A stretch of DNA of 64,000 nucleotides from an uncultured Bifidobacteriaceae bacterium (GCA_964619705.1 CAZUGF010000004.1:25481-89480); one strand, 5' to 3'. Positions 40,902 to 51,161 are shown, numbered from the stretch's first letter. Program-made: numbers and translations. The notes: generated by a model not told the origin, from the sequence alone.

Positions 40902-42289
40902 TCATCGTCCGTACCGCGGCCCTCGTCAGCCTCACCCTGCTCCTGTGGAGCGTGCCGGGGGACGCGCAGCCGGACCCGGTGGATCCCGCCGAGCACTTCA
41001 AGTACGGCTCCGTCGGTATCGAGGCCGAGGAGGGCCTGCCGTACTGGGTCTGGCAGGTGCTGCCGCAGATGTTTCCCGAGAAGCTGCCCGGTCCCGGCGG
41101 CTACGCCTCGTTCGGCATCGTCTGGGAGCCGGGCCGCGAGCTGCCGGTCGGGTTCTCCAGGAAGGACGTGCTCGGCTCGGCGCGCGTGGCCGTCAACTGC
41201 GCCTTCTGCCACACGGCCACGTACCGCACGGCACCGGATGCGGACCGCCGGATCGTACCCGGCGGCGCGGCCGGCATGCTGCGGCCGCAGGCCTACTCGC
41301 GCTTCCTCGAGGCGGCGGCCGCCGACGATCGCTTCAATGCCTCCACGGTGCTCGAGGCCATCGGGCGCATGGGCACGCTCTCGTGGACGGAGTCGCTGGC
41401 GTATCGCTTCCTCCTCATTCCCGGCACGAAGCGGGCGCTGCTGCGGCACCGCCGGGAGTTTGCGTGGATGGACTCGCGGCCGGACTGGGGGCCCGGGCGG
41501 ATCGACCCACTCAACCCGTTCAAGTTCCGGCAGCTCCGGCAGCCCGTCGACGACAGCATCGGCAATGCCGACATGACGCCGCTGTGGTCCCTCGGCCTCC
41601 GCGACGGCCGGGCGCTGCACTGGGACGGCCTCAACCCCTCGCTCGACGAGGTGCTCATCAGCTCCGCCATCGGGAACGGCGCGAGTGCGAAGTCCGTGGA
41701 TCGCGACAGCCTCGAGAAGGTCGGCCGCTGGGTGCGCGGCCTCGAGCCGCCGCGCTTCCCGTTCGGCATCGACGAGGTGCTGGCCGCGCGCGGCGAGCCG
41801 ATCTTCACCCAGGCCTGCGCCTCGTGTCACGCCGACGGAGGCGCGCGCACGGGCACGGTCATCGCGGTGGAGGAAGTGGGTACGGACCGTCACCGCCTGG
41901 ACGCGTGGAACGCCGCGTCCGCGGAGGCGTTCAATGCCGTCGCGGCGGGGAGGCCCTGGCAGTTCCGCCGGTTCCGCACGACCGGCGGGTACGTCGCGAT
42001 GCCGCTCGCGGGCGTCTGGCTCAACGCGCCGTACCTGCACAACGGATCCGTGCCGTCGCTCGCGGACCTGCTCCAGCCCGAGGAGCGCAGGCCGGTCCGC
42101 TTCCACCGCGGCTACGACGTGTACGACCCGATCGCCGTCGGCTTCGTCTCGCGCGGTGCCGCCGCCGAGCACGAGGGTGAGCTGTACGACACGAGCCTGC
42201 CGGGCAACGCCCGCGCCGGCCACGCCTACGGCACGACGCTGGCGCCGGAGGAGAAGGCGGCCCTGCTGGAGTACCTGAAGACCCGGTGA
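40898..42289 (+). CDS. Di-haem c-type cytochrome, CCP/MauG-like paralog
   Basis: ATGA overlap with the previous stop. Signal peptide MIIVRTAALVSLTLLLWSVPGDA. CAFCH and CASCH motifs; APYLHNGSVPSLADLL; ALLEYLKTR; HFKYGSVGIEA..GLPYWVWQVLP. Confidence 0.85.
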   Translation: MIIVRTAALVSLTLLLWSVPGDAQPDPVDPAEHFKYGSVGIEAEEGLPYWVWQVLPQMFPEKLPGPGGYASFGIVWEPGRELPVGFSRKDVLGSARVAVNCAFCHTATYRTAPDADRRIVPGGAAGMLRPQAYSRFLEAAAADDRFNASTVLEAIGRMGTLSWTESLAYRFLLIPGTKRALLRHRREFAWMDSRPDWGPGRIDPLNPFKFRQLRQPVDDSIGNADMTPLWSLGLRDGRALHWDGLNPSLDEVLISSAIGNGASAKSVDRDSLEKVGRWVRGLEPPRFPFGIDEVLAARGEPIFTQACASCHADGGARTGTVIAVEEVGTDRHRLDAWNAASAEAFNAVAAGRPWQFRRFRTTGGYVAMPLAGVWLNAPYLHNGSVPSLADLLQPEERRPVRFHRGYDVYDPIAVGFVSRGAAAEHEGELYDTSLPGNARAGHAYGTTLAPEEKAALLEYLKTR

Positions 42290-42301
42290 GCAAGGAGGCC
42301 C

Positions 42302-42868
42302 GTGATGGAAGACCCCCGCATCGTTCTGTATTTCCTGAGCTCGATCGCCGGGATGGTGATGGTCATCGGCGGCATCTGGCTGATCTACAAGGAGAAGATC
42401 TACATCGATCGCGAGTCGCAGCAGCCCATCGAGATCCGGACGCCGTTCGGCGGGTTCAGGAACAACTACCCGGCGCTGACGCTCTTCGCGCTCGGCTTCT
42501 TCCCGCTCATCTACCCGCTCTACGCCATCAAGGACATCCAGGACGGGCGGGTGAGCGTGGCGACGGTGCGGCTCTCGGGGCCGGTGAAGATGAAGGCCTA
42601 CCCGGTCGCCATCTACGCGTCGGCCGAGGACTACTTCGTCGAGCGGGACGGGTCATTCACCGTCGAGGTCCCGACCTTCGGCGGCCGGGCCAGGGACTAC
42701 AAGGTGCTCCTCGTGGTGAACGGGCAGGTGCTCGACACGCAGCGCGTGCGCGTGGACCCCGACACCCTCGAACAGGAGGTGGCCTTCATGCCGCCGGAGA
42801 TCGAGGAGAGCCCCTTCCAGCCGACATTGCTCCCGGTCCCGTCGGACTACGGGGTGATCCGGCCATGA
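42302..42868 (+). CDS. Hypothetical 2-TM membrane protein with C-terminal beta-sandwich-like region
   Basis: 188 aa. Two N-terminal TM helices (IVLYFLSSIAGMVMVIGGIWLI; ALTLFALGFFPLIYPLYAI). The following VRLSGPVKMKAYPVAIYAS...DGSFTVEVP...YKVLLVVNG resembles a carboxypeptidase-regulatory-like fold. The gene looks slightly less GC-rich than its neighbours. Confidence 0.6.
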   Translation: MMEDPRIVLYFLSSIAGMVMVIGGIWLIYKEKIYIDRESQQPIEIRTPFGGFRNNYPALTLFALGFFPLIYPLYAIKDIQDGRVSVATVRLSGPVKMKAYPVAIYASAEDYFVERDGSFTVEVPTFGGRARDYKVLLVVNGQVLDTQRVRVDPDTLEQEVAFMPPEIEESPFQPTLLPVPSDYGVIRP

Positions 42869-43206
42869 CCCGGCGCGCTGTGTTTGCCGTCGCCGCGGCC
42901 CCCCTGCTTGCCGCCGTCGTCCCGGCGCGGCCGGCCGCGCAGGGGACCGTGGACTTCCGCGGGCGTGTCTACGACGCGGCGTCCAAGACCGGCGTGCAGA
43001 ACCTGGAGGTCAAGCTGACGCCGCCGCGGCAGGTCAAGATCCCCGCGCGCATTGCCCGCACGGACCGCGACGGGGTGTTTGCCTTCCCGCGCCTGGTGCG
43101 CGGCCGCTACCTGCTGGAGGTCTCCCAGGGCGTCTCGCTGCTCTACCGCGCCGAACTGGACGCCACGAGCACGGACAGCGTGGAGGTGCCCCTCAGGCGA
43201 CGATGA
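42865..43206 (+). CDS. Small secreted carboxypeptidase-regulatory-like (CarboxypepD_reg) domain protein
   Basis: ATGA overlap at 42865. Signal peptide ends [24 protein letters not shown]...[21 protein letters not shown] matches the canonical pattern of this domain. Confidence 0.7.
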   Translation: MTRRAVFAVAAAPLLAAVVPARPAAQGTVDFRGRVYDAASKTGVQNLEVKLTPPRQVKIPARIARTDRDGVFAFPRLVRGRYLLEVSQGVSLLYRAELDATSTDSVEVPLRRR

Positions 43207-43243
43207 GGGTCCCGGGATCCTTGATATGATCGACGGGATCGTC

Positions 43244-45934
43244 ATGTCCAGCGTCAACTCATTCAAGACACGCACCGCTCTGAGCCTTGCCGGCGAGACG
43301 GTGGATTATTACAGCCTGCCCGCGCTCGAAAAGCAGGGGTTCCCCGGGGTGGCGCGGCTGCCGTACTCCCTGAAGATCCTGCTGGAGAACCTGCTGCGCC
43401 GCGAGGACAACCGCTTCGTCAAGGCGGCGGACATCCGCGCCCTGGCCGGCTGGGAGCCGGGCACGGCGGGGGAGAAGGAGATCTCCTTCATGCCGGCGCG
43501 CGTCCTCCTGCAGGACTTCACCGGCGTGCCCTGTGTCGTGGATCTGGCGGCCATGCGCGACGGGATCGTCGCGCTCGGCGGCGATCCGGACATGGTGAAC
43601 CCGCTCCAACCCGTGGAACTGGTGATCGATCACTCCGTGCAGGTGGACCACTTCGGCACTGCGATGGCCATGGGCCTCAACTCGGAGCTGGAGTACCACC
43701 GCAATCGCGAGCGCTACGTGTTCCTCCGCTGGGGACAGACGGCCTTCCGCAACTTCCGCGTCGTGCCCCCGGAGACGGGCATCGTGCACCAGGTGAACAT
43801 CGAGTACCTGGCGCGCGTGGTCTGTCGGGACGAGCAGGACGGCCGGGCCCTCGCGTACCCCGATACGGTGTTCGGGACCGACTCGCACACCACGATGGTC
43901 AACGGGCTGGGCGTGGTCGGCTGGGGCGTGGGCGGCATCGAGGCCGAGGCCGCCATGCTCGGCCAGCCGAGCTCGATGCTCATTCCCTCCGTGCTCGGGT
44001 ACCGCCTGTCCGGACGGCTCCCCGAGGGCGCCACGGCGACGGACCTCGTGCTGACGATCACCGAGGCCCTGCGCCGGCAGGGCGTGGTCGGCCAGTTCGT
44101 CGAGTTCTACGGGCCGGGGCTGGCGCACCTGACGATCGCGGATCGCGTGACGCTCGGGAACATGTGCCCGGAGTACGGGGCGACGGTCGCCATCTTCCCG
44201 ATCGACGGCATGACGCTCGACTACATGCGGCTGACCGGCCGTGACGAGGCGCAGATCGCGCTGGTCGAGGCGTACGCGCGCGCACAGGGGCTCTTCCGCC
44301 TGGATGACGCGCCGGACGCGGTCTACAGCCAGACGATCGAGCTGGACCTGTCGACGGTGGAGCCGAGCCTGGCCGGTCCGCGGCGGCCGCAGGACCGCGT
44401 GCCGCTGAAGCACGCGAAGGCGTCCTTTGCCAGCACCCTGGATGATCTCAAGAAAGGCATCAAGACGGCGCCGGCTGCGGGCGGTACCGCCGTGGCCGTC
44501 GAGACGCAGCTCGAGCACGGCTCGGTGGTGATCGCGGCCATCACGAGCTGCACCAACACGTCGAACCCGAGCGTGATGATCGGCGCCGGCCTGCTCGCGA
44601 AGAAGGCGGTGGAGAAGGGGCTGGTCAGCCAGCCATGGGTCAAGACCTCGCTCGCGCCAGGCTCCAAGGTGGTGACGGATTACCTGACGCGCTCCGGCCT
44701 GCAGCCCTACCTCGACCAGCTCGGGTTCAACCTCGTCGGGTACGGCTGCACGACCTGCATCGGCAACAGCGGACCGCTGCCGGAGGATGTCTCCGCGGAG
44801 ATTCGCGAGCGGGGGCTCGTGGTGGCATCCGTCCTGAGCGGCAACCGCAACTTCGAGGGCCGCATCCAGCAGGACGTGCGGGCCAACTACCTGGCATCGC
44901 CGCCGCTCGTCGTCGCCTACGCGCTGGCCGGCTCGATGAACGTGGACGTGGCCACCGAGCCGCTGGGCACCGGGACCGACGGGCAACCGGTGTACCTCCG
45001 GGACATCTGGCCGACCGAGCAGGAGATCCAGGCGGCGATGCTGACGAGCGTGACGGCGGACGCCTTCCGCGCGCAGTATGCGAGCGTCTTCGACGGCGAC
45101 AGCCGCTGGCAGCAGCTGCCCGTGCCGACGGGGGACCGGTTCCAGTGGGAGGGGGATTCCACCTACATCCGCCGGCCGCCGTTCCTCGAGGACCTCTCGA
45201 TGACGCCGCAGGCTCCGGCCGACATCACCGGGGCACGTGCGCTCGCGCTGCTCGGCGACAGCATCACGACGGACCACATCTCGCCGGCCGGCAACATCCG
45301 GGCGGACAGCCCGGCGGGGCGCTACCTCGTCGAGCACGGGGTCGAGCCGAAGGAGTTCAACTCCTACGGCGCGCGGCGCGGCAACCACGAGGTGATGATG
45401 CGCGGCACGTTCGCGAACCCGCGCATCCGCAACCAGATGGTCCCCGGCATCGAGGGCGGCGTCACCGCCTGCCTGCCCGGCGGCGAGATCCTCCCGATCT
45501 ACGACGCGGCCATGCAGTACCAGGATGCCGGCGTGCCGCTGATCGTCCTGGCGGGCAAGGAGTACGGCTCGGGCTCGTCGCGCGACTGGGCCGCCAAGGG
45601 GACGATGCTGCTGGGGGTGAAGGCGGTGATTGCGGAGAGCTTCGAGCGCATCCACCGCAGCAACCTGGTCAACATGGGCGTCCTGCCGCTGCAGTTCTCG
45701 GCGGGCGAGACCGCCGCGACGCTCGGGCTGACGGGCCGCGAGCTGTTCTCGCTCGCGGGCTCCGGCCCCGGGCTCAAGGCACGGTCCTCCGTGTCCGTCA
45801 CGGCCACGGCGGAGGACGGATCGGTGACCACGTTCACGGTGGTCGTCCGGATCGACACGCCCGAGGAGCTGGCGGCCTTTGTCAACGGCGGCATCCTGCC
45901 CTACGTGCTGCGGCAGCTCGTCGCGAAGGCGTAG
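43244..45934 (+). CDS. acnA: Aconitate hydratase A
   Basis: [10 protein letters not shown]...[41 protein letters not shown], cluster-ligand region [17 protein letters not shown], and the swivel domain. An alternative start at 43226 exists. The ORF extension back to 43052 overlaps the previous gene and was not used. Confidence 0.95.
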   Translation: MSSVNSFKTRTALSLAGETVDYYSLPALEKQGFPGVARLPYSLKILLENLLRREDNRFVKAADIRALAGWEPGTAGEKEISFMPARVLLQDFTGVPCVVDLAAMRDGIVALGGDPDMVNPLQPVELVIDHSVQVDHFGTAMAMGLNSELEYHRNRERYVFLRWGQTAFRNFRVVPPETGIVHQVNIEYLARVVCRDEQDGRALAYPDTVFGTDSHTTMVNGLGVVGWGVGGIEAEAAMLGQPSSMLIPSVLGYRLSGRLPEGATATDLVLTITEALRRQGVVGQFVEFYGPGLAHLTIADRVTLGNMCPEYGATVAIFPIDGMTLDYMRLTGRDEAQIALVEAYARAQGLFRLDDAPDAVYSQTIELDLSTVEPSLAGPRRPQDRVPLKHAKASFASTLDDLKKGIKTAPAAGGTAVAVETQLEHGSVVIAAITSCTNTSNPSVMIGAGLLAKKAVEKGLVSQPWVKTSLAPGSKVVTDYLTRSGLQPYLDQLGFNLVGYGCTTCIGNSGPLPEDVSAEIRERGLVVASVLSGNRNFEGRIQQDVRANYLASPPLVVAYALAGSMNVDVATEPLGTGTDGQPVYLRDIWPTEQEIQAAMLTSVTADAFRAQYASVFDGDSRWQQLPVPTGDRFQWEGDSTYIRRPPFLEDLSMTPQAPADITGARALALLGDSITTDHISPAGNIRADSPAGRYLVEHGVEPKEFNSYGARRGNHEVMMRGTFANPRIRNQMVPGIEGGVTACLPGGEILPIYDAAMQYQDAGVPLIVLAGKEYGSGSSRDWAAKGTMLLGVKAVIAESFERIHRSNLVNMGVLPLQFSAGETAATLGLTGRELFSLAGSGPGLKARSSVSVTATAEDGSVTTFTVVVRIDTPEELAAFVNGGILPYVLRQLVAKA

Positions 45935-45961
45935 CCGGACCGCGGGGCGAGGGCCTCACCG

Positions 45962-47020
45962 GTGATCACGGCGCAGGCGGTCAAGGCGCGCGCGGCGGAG
46001 CTGGGCTTCGATGCCTGCGGCGTCGCGCCGGCGGCCGCGCTGCCGGAGCTCCAGTACCTGCCGGAGTGGCTCGCCAGCGGCTACGCGGGCGAGATGGTCT
46101 ACATGCACAAGTCCGCGGCCACCCGCGCGGACATCCGCCACTTCCTGCCGTCCGCGCGCTCGGTCATCGTCACCGGGACGGTGTACGCGACGCGGGAGGC
46201 ACGCGCCTCCGCGCCCCCGCCGGACCCCGACGACCGCGTGCAGGTCGCGCGCTATGCCAGGGGCCAGGACTACCACCACGTGCTCGCGGAGCGGCTCGAG
46301 GCGCTCGTGGCCTGGATGCAGAAGGAGTGCGGAGAGCCCCTGGAAGCCGCGATCTTCGTCGACAAGCACCACGTGCAGGAGCGGGTCTACGCGCGCCATG
46401 CCGGCATCGGGTGGATTGGCAAGAACAGCTGCGTCATCAACCCGGACCTCGGGTCGTGGCTGCTGCTGGCCGGCGTCGCGACGAGTCTGCCGCTCGAGCC
46501 GGATGCCCCGGCGCTTGATCAGTGCGGGTCCTGCACGCTCTGTCTCGACAGCTGCCCGACGGGCGCCCTGGTGGAGCCGCACGTCCTCGACGCGACGAAG
46601 TGCATCTCCTACCTGACGATCGAGCTCGAGGGCCCGATCCCCGAGCGGCAGCGCCCCGATGTCGGCACGCACCTCTTCGGCTGTGACATCTGCCAGGAAG
46701 TGTGTCCGTGGAACCTCGCGCCGGCGACCACGGACGATCCGGCCTGGCAGCCGCGCGCCCGCGACGGCGCACGCGCCGCGGCGCTGTGGCAGCAGACGGA
46801 CCAGGAACTCCACGGCTTCGTCCGCGGCAGTGCGATGACGCACACCTCGCTCGCCCGCCTGCGGCGCAACCTCGCGCTCGTGATCGGGAACACGGGCGAT
46901 CCGTCGCTGGCGCCGGTGCTCGATGCGCCCGGCCACGGCGTGCGGAACGCGGCGCACAGCGCGCACACGGCCGTGGTGCGCGAGGCGGTCGAGTGGGCGA
47001 GGACGCGGCTGTCGGGCTAG
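45962..47020 (+). CDS. queG: Epoxyqueuosine reductase
   Basis: GYAGEMVYM motif. Two 4Fe-4S ferredoxin motifs (CGSCTLCLDSCP, CDICQEVCPWN). C-terminal HEAT-like repeat. 352 aa. Confidence 0.9.
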   Translation: MITAQAVKARAAELGFDACGVAPAAALPELQYLPEWLASGYAGEMVYMHKSAATRADIRHFLPSARSVIVTGTVYATREARASAPPPDPDDRVQVARYARGQDYHHVLAERLEALVAWMQKECGEPLEAAIFVDKHHVQERVYARHAGIGWIGKNSCVINPDLGSWLLLAGVATSLPLEPDAPALDQCGSCTLCLDSCPTGALVEPHVLDATKCISYLTIELEGPIPERQRPDVGTHLFGCDICQEVCPWNLAPATTDDPAWQPRARDGARAAALWQQTDQELHGFVRGSAMTHTSLARLRRNLALVIGNTGDPSLAPVLDAPGHGVRNAAHSAHTAVVREAVEWARTRLSG

Positions 47021-47072
47021 CGGCGGTGTCGCATTTCACCACGACCTGCTGGGGGCCTGCTAGGATGGCAGC

Positions 47073-47627
47073 ATGTCCGATGCGCCCTCCCTCGCGCCCC
47101 TGCTGCTCGTCTCGATGCCGCAGATGCTCGATCCCAACTTTGCCAGGACCGTCGTGCTGCTCGCGGAGTACGGGCCGCAGGGGGCGTTCGGCCTGGTCGT
47201 CAACCGCCTGATGGAAGACAGCGCGGCGGACGTGGTGCGCGTGGATCCGCCCCTGTCGATCCAGCCCGACCTCCACCTGTTCGTCGGCGGCCCGGTGGAG
47301 CCGTCGCGCGCGTGGGTGCTGACGCGCGAGAAGGCGCTCGACGGCGATGCGATGGAGGTGGCGGACGGGGTGTACCTGTCGGCGGCGCCGGAGCTCATCC
47401 GGCGGACGCTCGGCCTCCCGCCGGACCCGGGCATCCGCGTCGTCGTCGGCTACGCCGGGTGGAGCGCGGGCCAGCTCGACGTGGAGCTGGCGGAGTCCGC
47501 GTGGCTGATGGCGCCGGTCCAGCCGGACCTGATCTTCTCCACGCCGCTCGACGAGATGTGGGAGACGGCGATCAGGCGCCTCGGCGCGGAGCCGTCCGCG
47601 CTCCAGGGAAGCTCGGGCATCCACTAG
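47073..47627 (+). CDS. YqgE/AlgH family (UPF0301) protein
   Basis: LLVSMPQMLDPNFARTVVLLAEYGPQGAFGLVVNR and GYAGWSAGQLDVEL are hallmark blocks of the family. Confidence 0.9.
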   Translation: MSDAPSLAPLLLVSMPQMLDPNFARTVVLLAEYGPQGAFGLVVNRLMEDSAADVVRVDPPLSIQPDLHLFVGGPVEPSRAWVLTREKALDGDAMEVADGVYLSAAPELIRRTLGLPPDPGIRVVVGYAGWSAGQLDVELAESAWLMAPVQPDLIFSTPLDEMWETAIRRLGAEPSALQGSSGIH

Positions 47628-47644
47628 CCCGCACCCGGGCCCGC

Positions 47645-47666
47645 ACACTGAGCGAACGCTCAGTGT
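47645..47666. terminator. Bidirectional terminator-like perfect hairpin between convergent genes
   Basis: ACACTGAGCG-AA-CGCTCAGTGT, with 10-bp perfect arms. It lies between the stop of 47073-47627 (+) and the stop of 47685-48599 (-). Confidence 0.5.
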
Positions 47667-47684
47667 CTGTGCACCGTTCGCCGC

Positions 47685-48599
47685 TCAGGGCGCCGGCTTG
47701 TACGGTGTCGCGCCTGGCGGCGGCAGGCGCGGCGATCCGGAGCTGACCCACGCATCGTAGCGAAGCCGGAGCGTCTTGACCGGGTTGGCGCTTTCCCCCG
47801 GCCGGATGGCATCGTCGCCCACCGCGATGTAGGCGTAGTACTGGCCGTCGTTGTGCGTGACGCCCCGCGCGTCGGCCTTGTCCGCGATGGCGATGTAGGC
47901 GACGTGCGCCGTCTTGTCGTCGCACGGCACGTGCTCGAGGGGATTGTTCCCGCAGTTGCAGCGATGGTCGCCGCCGTTCGCGTCCGCGGCTTCCATGGCG
48001 GCCATCACGCGATCCGCGAGCGTGCCCGTGGTGCGCGTGAAGGCCAGCGCCGCCAGGTAGACCACCTGGTCGCCGAGCAGCGTGTTGCCCTGCACCTGGT
48101 AGAAGATGTCCGGTCCCACCTGGCCGCCGAAGTAGAGGGACGAGCGCGAGTTGTTGGCCCCGTTGAAGCCCACGCGGTTGGTCGACGGCGTAATGGTGCC
48201 GCCGTTGGGAATGGCGACGATGCCGAACTGGCGCCGTTCGACGTTGGGATCCTGCTTCAGCATCTCCAGGATCTGCGCGGGGGGCGTGCCCTTCTGCATC
48301 TCGGCGTAGACGAGCATCTGGTTCTCGCGCGTGTTGTCCACGCCTGCCTGGCACGCGGCGACGCCGACGCCGGGCACGATGACCGCCTGGACGTCCATGA
48401 GATCGCGCGCGCCGTTGGGCTGCCGCTGCGAGAAGCCGGCCTGCCGCACGCAGGTGGCGGAGGCGATGATGACCTGTCCGGTCCTGGCGTCCACGGCAAT
48501 CACCGACCAGGTGGCCCAGGCCGTCGAGTGCGCCGTCATGACCAGCGCCAGTGCCCAGAGGATGCGTCGTGCGCCGAAGAGGTGTGCCGCGTATGTCAT
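47685..48599 (-). CDS. Secreted DUF1028-like (Ntn-hydrolase fold) protein
   Basis: Start at the ATG at 48599 (MTYAAHLFGARRILWALALVMTAHSTAWA, a signal peptide). The mature N-terminus TWSVIAVDARTGQVIIASATC resembles the DUF1028 N-terminal block. The extended ORF to 49019 is antisense to the neighbouring gene start and has implausible composition. Confidence 0.6.
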   Translation of the reverse strand: MTYAAHLFGARRILWALALVMTAHSTAWATWSVIAVDARTGQVIIASATCVRQAGFSQRQPNGARDLMDVQAVIVPGVGVAACQAGVDNTRENQMLVYAEMQKGTPPAQILEMLKQDPNVERRQFGIVAIPNGGTITPSTNRVGFNGANNSRSSLYFGGQVGPDIFYQVQGNTLLGDQVVYLAALAFTRTTGTLADRVMAAMEAADANGGDHRCNCGNNPLEHVPCDDKTAHVAYIAIADKADARGVTHNDGQYYAYIAVGDDAIRPGESANPVKTLRLRYDAWVSSGSPRLPPPGATPYKPAP

Positions 48600-48732
48600 T
48601 GCCGGCAGAGTGTAGCAGACGCCCGGACGTGCGCGCGAGAGGTGCCCGCGTCGTCGCTGCGCGGGGCACTTGTGGCCGGCCTGGCCGCCGGTCCGGGCTG
48701 ACTGGCGTAAACTGCCATGAGGTAACGGTCCC

Positions 48733-50457
48733 ATGACCCCCATGCGCGCACTCACCATGATCACCCTGACCTCCACGCTCGCGGCCGCAGCGGCCGCCTG
48801 CTCGACGCCGCCTTCCACGACCACGCCGCCCGCGGCGCCGGACGCCGCCGTGCCTGCCGAAGCCGCCGCGCTCCAGCGGTCGGTGGCCCGGTACGAGCCG
48901 ACCGACCTGACCGCGGACATCTCCGCGCTCCCGCCGGGCGAGCGTACGGCGCTGGCGCACCTCGTGCGGGCCGCGCAGGTGATGGACGCGATCTTCCTGG
49001 AGCAGGTCTGGGCCGGCAACCCCGCGCTGCTCTACGAGCTGATCGGCGACGAGTCTCCGCTCGGGCGCGCCCGCCTGCACGCGTTCCTCGTCAACAAGGG
49101 GCCGTGGTCACGCCTGGATCACAACGAGCCGATCCTGCCGGGGGTGCCGGCCCGGCCGCCGTCCGCGAACTTCTATCCCGCGGATGCGACGAAGGCGGAG
49201 GTCGAGCAGTGGATCGGGACGCTGGCGCCGGCCGAGCGTGCCCGTGCGACGGGGTTCTTCACCACCATCCGGCGCGGCGCCGGCGGGGCGCTGACGGCCG
49301 TGCCGTACAGCCTCGAGTACCAGGGGCAGCTCGCGCTGGCGGCCAGCCATCTCCGGGAGGCCGCGGCGGCAACGGCGCAGCCGACGCTGCGGGCGTTCCT
49401 CGAGGCGCGTGCGGACGCGTTCCTCTCCAACGACTACTACGCGAGCGACGTGCGCTGGATGGAGCTCGATGCGTCCATCGAGCCGACCATCGGCCCCTAC
49501 GAGGTCTACGAGGACGAGTGGTTCAACTACAAGGCGGCCTTCGAGGCGTTCATCACCGTCAAGGACGCCGCCGAGTCCGCGCAGCTGCAGACGCTGACCG
49601 CCGCGCTGCAGGACATCGAGGACAACCTGCCGATCGACCCGAAGTACATCAACCGCCAGCTCGGAGCGATGGCGCCGATCGCGGTGGTCAACACGGTGTT
49701 CTCCGCGGGTGACGCCAACCGGGGCGTGCAGACGGCCGCGTTCAACCTGCCCAACGACGAGCGTGTCATCCGCGAGAAGGGCAGCAAGCGCGTGATGCTC
49801 AAGAACAACCAGCAGGCCAAGTTCGACAAGGTGCTGGTGCCCATTTCCCGCGTGGCGCTGTCCACGGCGGATCAGGGGCGCGTGGCCTTCGACGCCTTCT
49901 TCACGCACATCCTGATGCACGAGCTGATGCACGGCCTGGGACCGCACGACATCACCGTCGCCGGCCGCGTGACGACGGTCCGGCAGGAGCTCAAGGAGAC
50001 CTACAGCGCCATCGAGGAGGCCAAGGCCGACGTGTCCGGCCTCTTCGCGCTCCAGTTTCTCGTGGACAGGGGCCAGCTCTCGCGCTCCTTCGAGGACACG
50101 ATGTACACGACGTTCCTGGCCTCGGCGTTCCGGTCGATCCGCTTCGGGATCAATGAGGCGCACGGCCGCGGGCAGGCCGTTCAGGTGAACTACCTGCTCG
50201 ATCGCGGCGCCTTCGTCGTCAACGGCGACGGCACGTTCTCGGTGGACGCGGCGAAGATCCGGGAAGGCGTCATCGCGCTGACGCGCGACATCATGACGCT
50301 GCAGGCGGAGGGGAGCTACGAGAAGGCGCGGGCCATGCTCGAGACGCTCGGCGTCGTGCGGCGGGAGACACAGGCCGTGCTGGACAAGCTGGCCGACGTG
50401 CCCGTGGACATCGAGCCCCGCTTCGTGACGGCGGCCGCGTTACTCGCGGCGCCCTGA
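48733..50457 (+). CDS. Zinc metallopeptidase-like lipoprotein (DPP III / M49-like family)
   Basis: Lipobox LAAAAAAC. HELMHGLGPH with downstream EEAKADV gives an HExxH ... EExxAD arrangement as in M49-like hydrolases. 574 aa. Confidence 0.6.
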   Translation: MTPMRALTMITLTSTLAAAAAACSTPPSTTTPPAAPDAAVPAEAAALQRSVARYEPTDLTADISALPPGERTALAHLVRAAQVMDAIFLEQVWAGNPALLYELIGDESPLGRARLHAFLVNKGPWSRLDHNEPILPGVPARPPSANFYPADATKAEVEQWIGTLAPAERARATGFFTTIRRGAGGALTAVPYSLEYQGQLALAASHLREAAAATAQPTLRAFLEARADAFLSNDYYASDVRWMELDASIEPTIGPYEVYEDEWFNYKAAFEAFITVKDAAESAQLQTLTAALQDIEDNLPIDPKYINRQLGAMAPIAVVNTVFSAGDANRGVQTAAFNLPNDERVIREKGSKRVMLKNNQQAKFDKVLVPISRVALSTADQGRVAFDAFFTHILMHELMHGLGPHDITVAGRVTTVRQELKETYSAIEEAKADVSGLFALQFLVDRGQLSRSFEDTMYTTFLASAFRSIRFGINEAHGRGQAVQVNYLLDRGAFVVNGDGTFSVDAAKIREGVIALTRDIMTLQAEGSYEKARAMLETLGVVRRETQAVLDKLADVPVDIEPRFVTAAALLAAP

Positions 50458-50723
50458 CACAGGGCGGCGCGCTCCGGTCCGCGCGCACCCGTCCGCGCGG
50501 TGCGGGCCTGAACCGCACTCGTGCCACGGAGGCGATTGGAGGCTCGCGCCCTGTCCTTCAATGTCCCTGAGAGGCGACGGCCGAGCGGTCGAAGCGGGGC
50601 ATGGCCCCGAATGGCGCAGTCGGTGGGCCGTCGACGTGTCACGGGATGAGTTCAAGCAGCAAGCCGTTCGCGTAGTCCTGGACGAACGGTGGCCCGCGAC
50701 CTGGACTTGGAGACAGGCGCCAG

Positions 50724-51161
50724 CTAGCGCCGGTTTGTCGGCGGAACGATCAGGACGGGGATTTCCGCGCGGCCCAGGACGTACTCGCTCGTGGATCCGA
50801 GGAACATCTTCGCCGCGCCCCCGATGCCGCGCATCCCCATCACGATGACGTCGGCATTGCACTCCTCCGCCTGGCTGATGATGCGCTCGCCCGGCTTGCC
50901 GACGGCCACGACCACCGCCGGCACGCCCGAGGCGGCCAGGCCGGGGGCGCTCCGTTCGAGCAGGGACTGCAGTTCCGCCTGCGTCTGGTTGTCGAGCACC
51001 CGGTTGGCGCCCGCGGCGTCGGCGCCGGCCCGGAGCAGCGGATCGATGACGGTCAGGAGCGTGAGGCGCCCGCCGGTGACGCGGGCCATGGAGACGGCGA
51101 CCGCCAGCGCCCGCTCGGAATCGGCGGAGAAGTCGACCGGGCAGAGGATGTTCGTGAACAC
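50724..51161 (-). CDS. Universal stress protein (UspA family)
   Basis: 145 aa. ILCPVDFS N-terminus and the C-terminal ATP-binding motif DVIVMGMRGIGGAAKMFLGSTSEYVLGRAEIPVLIV. Confidence 0.92.
   Translation of the reverse strand: MFTNILCPVDFSADSERALAVAVSMARVTGGRLTLLTVIDPLLRAGADAAGANRVLDNQTQAELQSLLERSAPGLAASGVPAVVVAVGKPGERIISQAEECNADVIVMGMRGIGGAAKMFLGSTSEYVLGRAEIPVLIVPPTNRR

Noticed and set aside
50458-50723. The 266-bp gap between the M49-like gene and the usp gene, inspected for a small gene or RNA.
   Set aside because: It contains only short frames without start codons, for example the frame ending ...VQDYANGLLLELIP. There are no tRNA-like or known RNA motifs and no notable repeats.
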